Shown piece after piece: positions 50,846 through 58,189 of a stretch of 64,000 bases of DNA. The stretch covers positions 416,001-480,000 of the forward strand of contig CAWFQB010000014.1 of assembly GCA_963817895.1 (NCBI GenBank), written 5' to 3'. Numbering within the stretch: position 1 is the stretch's first letter; every line of letters starts with the position of its first letter. The position numbers and the translations under genes were made by a program. The notes below the pieces were generated by a model, which saw only the letters and a list, made by a program, of their open reading frames with translations, was not told where the DNA came from and searched no databases. The stretch comes from an uncultured Chthonomonadaceae bacterium (GTDB taxonomy: Bacteria; Armatimonadota; Chthonomonadetes; Chthonomonadales; Chthonomonadaceae).

Positions 50846-51604
50846 TTACACGTCACATGCCTCGTAAGCCTGCTCCAATGCTGCAACCGGTTCGCCCTTT
50901 GGCGTGAACTCCTGCCCCACATAGCCGTCGTAAGCGGTGGCGGCAATGGCGCGGCAGATGGCGGGATAGTAGAGTTCCTGGTTCTCGTCGAGTTCGTTGC
51001 GCCCCGGATTGCCTGCCGTGTGGAAATGCCCGATGTATTCGATGTTGTCGCGCAGGGTACGAATGACATCGCCCTCCATGATTTGCATGTGGTAGATGTC
51101 GTACAGCACTTTTACGCGGGGCGAGTTGACCAGTTTGCACACGTCCACGCCCCAGGCAGTGTGGTCGCACTGGTAATCGGGATGATTCACTTTGCTGTTG
51201 AGCAGTTCCAGCACGAGGGTAACGCCCGCCTGCTCTGCAGCCTTCGCCACCCGGCTTAACCCTTCCGCCGTATGCTCAATCCCCGCCGCGTCGGGCAGGC
51301 CGTTGCGGTTGCCGCTGAACACGATCAGGGCGGGAATGTGCCACTTCACGGCGAGTTCCAGATTGGCGTTGAGTTCCGATTCGATGCGGTCATGGTTTTC
51401 GCGCCGGTTCAGGCCGTCGCCGAGCGACTTATGCCCGCCCATTGTGATGATCTGCAAACCGCCATCGGTAATCTGCGGCCACAAATCTTCCGGGGCCATC
51501 TCCACGCCCGCGTAGCCAATACGCTTCGATTCTTTGATAAGGGTTTCCGCGCCCACCTTGTTCGCCAGCGCCCACCACGCGAGCGATTGCTTGATTGCTG
51601 CCAT
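50846..51604 (-). CDS. hyi: Hydroxypyruvate isomerase family TIM-barrel protein (intact)
   Basis: LELLNSKVNHPDYQCD, LYDIYHMQIMEGD, HFHTAGNPGRNE, YVGQEF. Confidence 0.88.
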   Translation of the reverse strand: MAAIKQSLAWWALANKVGAETLIKESKRIGYAGVEMAPEDLWPQITDGGLQIITMGGHKSLGDGLNRRENHDRIESELNANLELAVKWHIPALIVFSGNRNGLPDAAGIEHTAEGLSRVAKAAEQAGVTLVLELLNSKVNHPDYQCDHTAWGVDVCKLVNSPRVKVLYDIYHMQIMEGDVIRTLRDNIEYIGHFHTAGNPGRNELDENQELYYPAICRAIAATAYDGYVGQEFTPKGEPVAALEQAYEACDV

Positions 51605-51634
51605 TGCTTTCTTTTTCTCCTCTGCTTCGAGTAT

Positions 51635-53152
51635 TTAAGCCAACACGAGAGTCAGTTTTGTCACGGATGCCGGAGTCAGCGTCAAATTGCCTAAAATGCC
51701 TTCGGGATTCGCGCCTTTCCATTCCTCGGCTCTTACATTGTCCGGTTCGTCGTGGGTGTTGTGCGCGTGAATGTCGCCTTTCGGGTAGGCAAGCGTGGTC
51801 ATGGCCTCGAAACTCGCCTGCCCGCCACCGAAAAGTTTTAAGTCAATGGCCGCTTCCTCCGTCGCGCTTGTGTTGGTCAGGGTCAGGGTCAGCGTGTTGC
51901 CTTTCACGCTTGCCGAACCGGATACGACAGGCAGTTTTTGCGCTTTGCCGTTCACGGTCACGTCCACAGTGGGCGTGTCGCACAGCAACCGGACGGCCTG
52001 CCCGTTATGATGATCCTTGTACATGTGGTACACATGGTACGTCGGGGTTTTCAGCATTTTGTCGCCGTCTGTCAGCAGAAGGGCTTGCAGCACGTTGATG
52101 GTTTGCGCGATGTTTGTCATCACCACTTTATCCGCGTGGCGGTTGAAAATGTCGAGCGTGAGCGAAGCTACAAGCGCGTCCCGAACCGTGTTCTGCTGCC
52201 ACAAGAACGCGGGATTATGGCCGGGAGTTGCCGGGTGCCACGTTCCCCACTCGTCCACGATAAGGCCGATTTTGCGGTCAGGGTCGAAGGCATCCATGAG
52301 GGCGCGCTGCTGAACGACAAGCGGCTCCATCTGTATCGCTTTCCACAGCAGTTCGTACCATTGCGCTTCCGTGTACTCGGTTGCCGTGCCTGCCGTGCCG
52401 CAGTAGTAGTGCGCGGCGTAGCCGTGAACGGGCGGATGATGCCCGTGATCTTTTTTCAGTTTGGTGAAGAAGCGGCGCGTCCAGTCCAGATCGTTGGTGT
52501 TGGGGCCGCAGGCGATAAGGTACAGAGGGTCCGCGCCCCAGTTGCGCAGATAGGTGGCGAACCGGCGGTACTCCGTGCCATAATCTTCGGGCGTGAAATG
52601 CCCGCCACAGCCCCAGTTTTCGTTGCCCACACCCCAGTAGCGGACATTGTACGGCGCGTCCTGCCCATTCGCCCGCCGCTGTCTAGCCCATTCGCTGTCG
52701 CCGGGAAAATTGCAGTATTCCACCCAATCGCGCATTTCGCGGGGGCTGCCGCTGCCTAAATTGCCGCAAAAGTACGGCTCGGCCCCGACAGCGCGGCAAA
52801 AATCCATGAACTCATGCGTCCCGAACTCGTTGGTTTCAATCACGTCGCCCCAGTGAATATTGATACGGCGCGGACGTTTTGCGCGCGGTCCCACCCCGTC
52901 AATCCAGTGGTAATCATCCGCGAAGCAGCCCCCCGGCCAGCGAATGAGGGGCGCTCCCACCTCCTTCAAAGCGGCAACCACATCGTTGCGGACGCCGCCC
53001 GTATGGGAAATAAGCGACTCGGTTCCCACCCAGCAACCCTCGTCTATGCAGCCGCCCAGATGTTCCATAAAGTGGCCGTAAATGTTGGGGTTGATGGTTC
53101 CTATCGGCTCGTTGACAAGCACATTGACGGCAATCGTTGGCATATTCGGCAT
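51635..53152 (-). CDS. GH51 alpha-L-arabinofuranosidase (cytoplasmic AbfA type)
   Basis: IYGHFMEHLG, RWPGGCFAD, WGVGNENWGCGG, VDEWGTW, NIAQTINVLQ. Confidence 0.92.
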   Translation of the reverse strand: MPNMPTIAVNVLVNEPIGTINPNIYGHFMEHLGGCIDEGCWVGTESLISHTGGVRNDVVAALKEVGAPLIRWPGGCFADDYHWIDGVGPRAKRPRRINIHWGDVIETNEFGTHEFMDFCRAVGAEPYFCGNLGSGSPREMRDWVEYCNFPGDSEWARQRRANGQDAPYNVRYWGVGNENWGCGGHFTPEDYGTEYRRFATYLRNWGADPLYLIACGPNTNDLDWTRRFFTKLKKDHGHHPPVHGYAAHYYCGTAGTATEYTEAQWYELLWKAIQMEPLVVQQRALMDAFDPDRKIGLIVDEWGTWHPATPGHNPAFLWQQNTVRDALVASLTLDIFNRHADKVVMTNIAQTINVLQALLLTDGDKMLKTPTYHVYHMYKDHHNGQAVRLLCDTPTVDVTVNGKAQKLPVVSGSASVKGNTLTLTLTNTSATEEAAIDLKLFGGGQASFEAMTTLAYPKGDIHAHNTHDEPDNVRAEEWKGANPEGILGNLTLTPASVTKLTLVLA

Positions 53153-53514
53153 AATCGGCTGACTCTCCCTAAGTGAAATTTTGGATATACTCCCGCTGTA
53201 TTTCAACTGAGGGCAGGCGAGTTCCTGCGTTGTTTCTGCCTGCAACACGCATTTTTGCCGGAATACGAGGCTGGTATCGTAACGCTTATTCTCAATAAAT
53301 GGGATGCAGACAGGAAAAAGGTCGGCTGTATGTTTGTATACATAGCCGACCATAAATTTAACGATATAATTTTTCCTATGTTTTTGGAACTATGCGCCCC
53401 CGTTTACGTGAATAACTGCGAGGCCCCGATACGTCTCGCATGGAACGTTCCAAAAGCATTAAGCATTAAGCATTGAGAGGGTAATCTTTCTGCTTAACGC
53501 TTGACGCTTTCGCA

Positions 53515-53904
53515 TTAGCCCTCAATCCTCACCGCGGAATACCCGTTTCTCAACGTTAAAAACCACGTATGACGGCGAAGTTCCGCCTGTTCCGTAAACT
53601 GTACGCCGCACTCGTACCAGGTTATGCCCGCTTCTTCCACAAGATGCTGCCGCACAATGCGCGCCCTTCCTACCCGCAACGCCGTATCGTGTGGCGGATG
53701 AATCAGGATTTCGCTGCCGCAGGGCATGCATACAGCCATGCGCAGTTTCAATCCCTTGCGGCTGATGTCCACGCAGGGACATTCGTAAATTCCCATCTGT
53801 GGATGTTCCACTCTCAATGTTTTGGCAATGCACTTCTGGCGCAATGCGTCGCGCCGATCATCATCCAATGCGTTGATTATATCTTTTTCGGCTGTAAGCG
53901 TCAT
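53515..53904 (-). CDS. PilZ domain c-di-GMP receptor
   Basis: RRDALR (RxxxR) and DISRKG (DxSxxG); start overlaps the upstream subtilase stop (TAATG). Confidence 0.85.
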   Translation of the reverse strand: MTLTAEKDIINALDDDRRDALRQKCIAKTLRVEHPQMGIYECPCVDISRKGLKLRMAVCMPCGSEILIHPPHDTALRVGRARIVRQHLVEEAGITWYECGVQFTEQAELRRHTWFLTLRNGYSAVRIEG

Positions 53905-55793
53905 TATTTTTCTCCTTGAATCACTTTGGTAGATAGGTCAGATTGCGTTGTCGTAACGCCCCACACGGCCCGGTCACTCCAGACATTCGTTCCCCACAGG
54001 GCGCGGTTGGCGTTCAGTTGGTTGGTACTCACGCCCCAGATGGCGCGCGTTCCCCAGATAGCGCGAAGATGGGTGACATCCGTTCCCCAGATCGCCCGCG
54101 TTCCCCACAGGGCGCGATCCATGTTGATCGTCACATTGCCCTGATCGTCAATGGTAAGCGAGGGCGACAGCGCGGGCTGCGTGGGGACAATCCGGCTGTT
54201 CAGAGCAGCGGGTATATTGAGAAATCCGGCCCCGTAGGTGCAGGGGTTGCCCATTCCCGTCGCGTCTGCCCACTTGTCGGCGGAAAACATCAGCCGCGCT
54301 TTCACGGTATCGGGCGTCAGCGCGGGGCTTGCCTGTAACATCAGGGCGATAGCCCCGCTGACAACCGGCGTCGCCATCGAGGTTCCCGACAGGCGGATAT
54401 AGTCTCTGGAGGCTGAACTGTTTCCGTTCTTGACGTACTCGCTGTTCAGCACATTGGTTTGCGCGTTGAAGTTGAGGTCAAGGTACGAGCCGGGAACGTT
54501 CAGCGAGACGATGTGGTTTCCGGGCGCGACAATATCGGGCTTGAGCGTCAAGTCCAATCGGGACGGGCCGCGACTGGAATACGTCGCCACCGCGTCATGC
54601 GGATGCTGTCCGTCTACAGATTTCATCGCGCCAACAGTAATCACATAAGGATCGTTGCCGGGGCTGTCAATGGAGCCATAAGCCGCGCCGTAGCCTTCGT
54701 TGTCCGGCACGGGCGGGTTGGGCATGGCGTCGTTTACGCGGCCATCGTTGCCTGCCGCGCAGACCACTACGATACCGGCCTGCCATGCCGCTTCCACCGC
54801 CTGGCAGAGCGGATCGTTCGCGGCAGCATCCCCAACAGGATGCCCCATAGATAGGTTCAGAACCCTGATATTGTAGGGATTGTTGTTCTTGACGCTGTTG
54901 ACTACCCATGTAATGCCCGCGACCACTGTGCTTACGTCGCTCTGCCCGTTTGCATTCAGGACGCGCACGTTTATCAGGGACGCTTTCGGCGCGATGCCGT
55001 AGTAGTTCTGCGTATTAGCGGCGCTGCTCGATTGGGCCGCATTGCCCGCGATAATGCCCGCGACATGGGTTCCATGCCCGCATCTATCGTCGCCGGAGCC
55101 TGTAGGCGCGATTAAATCATGATCCGTGAGCCATGTTTGAAGACTGGGGCGCGGCCCGACTGCAGGCGCAGGGTCATTACTCGCGTCCACAAAGTTGACG
55201 CTGACGGCCACGCGGTCGCCCAACGCGGTCAGCTTACCTTTGAGGCCGGGTATGTACTTGCATACATCCGGGTGCTGTTCATGGATGCCGCTGTCCAGAA
55301 TCGCCACGCCAATATTCGTTCCATCCAGTTTGTAAGGCGCGGCCCACGCCGCTGCGGTTCCCGTCGAACCGGTTGTAAACCCGTCGTATTTACGCACGAT
55401 GGCGTTGGACGACAGATGCTTCACAAACGGAAGCGCGGACAGTTTGTTCAGCGCCGAATTGGGAATGCGTACCGTTACCGAGTGTATCAGCGGCAATCGG
55501 CTTTGAATGGACGCGCCACAGGCTTTCAATTGCGCTTCCCGATCGGGAGTGCAGTCGCCATCTATTCTCACAATTACAGAGGACCAATCATTCGCCGTCC
55601 TTGCTGTCAGCGCGTTCGCCAGAAAGCTGTCCGTCTTCGGACCGGTCTTGTCGGCGCGAACCGATTGCCCCATTCCAATCAGCAGCAGGGCTACTGTCGC
55701 GCCTCCCCCAAAAAAGCGACCTGCATTATATTTTCCAGGGCGGTTTTCACGCCATTTTGTCACAAACTTCTGATACTTCTTCATACCGGTCAT
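53904..55793 (-). CDS. Secreted S8 subtilase with C-terminal RA[LIV]WG repeats
   Basis: AILDSG, HGTHVAG, AAGN, GTSMATP; signal peptide and propeptide. Confidence 0.92.
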   Translation of the reverse strand: MTGMKKYQKFVTKWRENRPGKYNAGRFFGGGATVALLLIGMGQSVRADKTGPKTDSFLANALTARTANDWSSVIVRIDGDCTPDREAQLKACGASIQSRLPLIHSVTVRIPNSALNKLSALPFVKHLSSNAIVRKYDGFTTGSTGTAAAWAAPYKLDGTNIGVAILDSGIHEQHPDVCKYIPGLKGKLTALGDRVAVSVNFVDASNDPAPAVGPRPSLQTWLTDHDLIAPTGSGDDRCGHGTHVAGIIAGNAAQSSSAANTQNYYGIAPKASLINVRVLNANGQSDVSTVVAGITWVVNSVKNNNPYNIRVLNLSMGHPVGDAAANDPLCQAVEAAWQAGIVVVCAAGNDGRVNDAMPNPPVPDNEGYGAAYGSIDSPGNDPYVITVGAMKSVDGQHPHDAVATYSSRGPSRLDLTLKPDIVAPGNHIVSLNVPGSYLDLNFNAQTNVLNSEYVKNGNSSASRDYIRLSGTSMATPVVSGAIALMLQASPALTPDTVKARLMFSADKWADATGMGNPCTYGAGFLNIPAALNSRIVPTQPALSPSLTIDDQGNVTINMDRALWGTRAIWGTDVTHLRAIWGTRAIWGVSTNQLNANRALWGTNVWSDRAVWGVTTTQSDLSTKVIQGEK

Positions 55794-55820
55794 AACCTCA
55801 CTCTTTCGCCTGATAGTAAC

Positions 55821-55909
55821 TTCCGCTTTGAAGTCGCCGGAATGGAGGCAGAGCGAACCTCTACAAGGTTATGCCCGGTTTGCGCGTGTTTTCGACCAGT
55901 TATAATTGC
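55821..55909 (-). promoter_or_regulatory. Conserved structured leader and promoter-like box upstream of subtilase 1
   Basis: Aligns with 58082-58169, with compensatory changes in the stem. Confidence 0.6.
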
Positions 55910-55953
55910 GGGATAATGTAAAGACGAGAAACGTAATTACTGAACAAGCATAT

Positions 55954-55997
55954 CTATCCGGTAAGCCGCCTAAAGTTACAGGCGGCTTACCGGATAG
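55954..55997. terminator. Strong hairpin between the two subtilase genes
   Basis: CTATCCGGTAAGCCGCCT-8 nt-AGGCGGCTTACCGGATAG. Confidence 0.7.
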
Positions 55998-56106
55998 TTA
56001 TCTCTACTCAGCTATATTCCCCACACTATGCGCCCACAAACGAGAGTTTTGTAATCCGGCCCTCTTGACAGGGTGCGACCGGGACACGTCTGCTGGTTAA
56101 CCATCA

Positions 56107-58047
56107 TCATTTTTCTCCTTGAACCACTTTGTTACTTAAATCGGCCTGGGTCGCCGATGTGCCCCACATTGCCCGATCACACCAGACAGTGGTTCCCCAC
56201 ATCGCTCGGCTGGCATTAAGAATGTTCGCGCTGGTTCCCCACATCGCCCGCGTGCCCCACATCGCTCGCAGGTCTGTAATGTCCGTTCCCCACATTGCGC
56301 GCGATCCCCACAACGCGCGATCCATGTTGATGGTCACGTTCCCCTGACTATCCTGCGACAGGGAGGGCGACATCGCCGGTTGCCGGGCGACAATCTGACT
56401 GCTCAACGCGGCGGGGATATTGAGATAACCCGCCCCGTATGTGCAGGGATCGCCGTTTCCCTGCGCATCCGCCCATTTATCCGCCGCAAACATCAGGCGG
56501 GCTTTGATGGTGTCCGGCGAAAGGGTTGGATTGGCTTGCAGCATCAACGCCACTGCGCCACTCACAACCGGCGTCGCCATAGAGGTGCCCGACAGACGGG
56601 CATAGGAAGTGGAGGGCTGACTGTCGCCATTCCAGATGTACTCGTTGTGCAGCACATCAATCTGCGCCCCGTAGTTGAGATCAAAGTACGAATTCACCAC
56701 GTTCAGCGAAACAATACGGTTGCCGGGCGCGGCAATGTCGGGCTTGAGAGTCAGGTCCAGGCGCGTCGGACCCCGACTGGAATAGGTGGCTGCCCGGTCA
56801 TGCTGACGCATGCCGTCCACCTGCTTCATCGCGCCGACCGTAATCACATACGGATCGTTGCCGGGGCAGGCAATGGAACCATACGCGGTTCCGTAGCCCT
56901 CATTATCGGGGCAGGGCGGCGCAGGCAGATTGTCGTTGAGACGGCCATCATTGCCCGCTGCGCAGACCACGACCAGACCTGCCTTATAGGCCGCTTCCAC
57001 CGCCTGACAGAGGGGGTCATTGGTATAATAGTCGCCCACGGGATGCCCCACAGACAGGTTCACCACGCGAATGTTGTAAGGATTTTTGTTCTTGACGCTG
57101 TTGACGACCCACTGAATACCCGCAATAACCGTACTCACGTCGCTCTGCCCGTAGGCGTTTAACACACGCACGTTCACCAGCGAAGCCGCAGGAGCGATAC
57201 CGGCAAAGGAGTGCGTGTTGAACAACCCGACGGACATTGTCGCATTTCCGGCCACAATGCCTGCGACGTGCGTACCGTGTCCGCATTGGTCGTCCGCATG
57301 ACCATCCGGGGTACTCTTGTCGTAGTCGGAATTCCACGGCGGCGGAGCAAATTGGCCTGCAACCGGCGCCGGATCCTTGTCCTTTTTATCAGACTTGCCG
57401 GGAAGCAACGCTAAAATTCCCTTTTTGGCTGCCGGATCGTTGTGAGTGTCCACAAAGTTGACGCCTATGAGAACGCGGTTTCCTTTTACTTTTATTTTGC
57501 CGTTGGAATCGACAAGGTACTGGCACATGTCAGGATGATCCTGGCTAATTCCGCTGTCGAGGACGGCCACGCCGACGTTGACGCCGGACAGGTAATTGGG
57601 TGCGCCCCACGCCTGCCACGCCCCACTCGCGCCCACTGTGTACTCGTCGGTTTTTTTCACGGTAAGGTCCGAAGAGAGATGCCGTACCCAGGACAATTCC
57701 GCCAGTTGCTGTAACGCGCTGTTCGGGACGCGCACGGAGATAGACTGGATGAGCGGCAGCTGCACTGTCACAACTGCGCCCAACGCCTTCAACTGCGCTT
57801 CTCTGATGGGCGTATACTCGCCGTCTACTCTTATGATTACCGCCGACACGCCCGCCTGCCGCTTTGCAGCCAACACGCGCGAAAGAAACAGATCAGTTTT
57901 TGTCGTGGCTGCATCCGCCCGCGCAAACTGCGTCTGGCCGGCAAACAGCAGGGCTGCCGCAGCGCAAGCCGCAATTCCATTTACTGCTCTATGTTGCTTA
58001 TGGCCGTCAGTTCGGCCCGACTTCTCGCATTTGATATTTTTGTTCAT
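56107..58047 (-). CDS. Secreted S8 subtilase with C-terminal RA[LM]WG repeats (paralogue)
   Basis: AVLDSG, HGTHVAG, AAGN, GTSMATP. Confidence 0.92.
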   Translation of the reverse strand: MNKNIKCEKSGRTDGHKQHRAVNGIAACAAAALLFAGQTQFARADAATTKTDLFLSRVLAAKRQAGVSAVIIRVDGEYTPIREAQLKALGAVVTVQLPLIQSISVRVPNSALQQLAELSWVRHLSSDLTVKKTDEYTVGASGAWQAWGAPNYLSGVNVGVAVLDSGISQDHPDMCQYLVDSNGKIKVKGNRVLIGVNFVDTHNDPAAKKGILALLPGKSDKKDKDPAPVAGQFAPPPWNSDYDKSTPDGHADDQCGHGTHVAGIVAGNATMSVGLFNTHSFAGIAPAASLVNVRVLNAYGQSDVSTVIAGIQWVVNSVKNKNPYNIRVVNLSVGHPVGDYYTNDPLCQAVEAAYKAGLVVVCAAGNDGRLNDNLPAPPCPDNEGYGTAYGSIACPGNDPYVITVGAMKQVDGMRQHDRAATYSSRGPTRLDLTLKPDIAAPGNRIVSLNVVNSYFDLNYGAQIDVLHNEYIWNGDSQPSTSYARLSGTSMATPVVSGAVALMLQANPTLSPDTIKARLMFAADKWADAQGNGDPCTYGAGYLNIPAALSSQIVARQPAMSPSLSQDSQGNVTINMDRALWGSRAMWGTDITDLRAMWGTRAMWGTSANILNASRAMWGTTVWCDRAMWGTSATQADLSNKVVQGEK

Positions 58048-58081
58048 ACCGTTTATAGCCTCATCCTCAGCTTTATTTAAA

Positions 58082-58169
58082 TTCCGCTTTGAATCACTGG
58101 AATTGAGGTACAGCGGACCTCAATAAGGGTATGCCCTGTATACTGACAGATTCCGTCTATTACAATTGC
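58082..58169 (-). promoter_or_regulatory. Conserved structured leader and promoter-like box upstream of subtilase 2
   Basis: Second copy of the 55821-55909 motif. Confidence 0.6.
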
Positions 58170-58189
58170 CTGATTCTTCTTGCCTGATT

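Noticed and set aside
40338..51604. hyi 3' copies as template/variable repeats of a diversity-generating retroelement
   Set aside because: No reverse transcriptase in the window, and the differences are mostly synonymous rather than adenine-specific.
53955..56320. RAxWG repeats as a classical RiPP precursor
   Set aside because: No modifying enzymes (radical SAM, YcaO, LanM, P450) nearby; kept only as an unmodified-peptide hypothesis.
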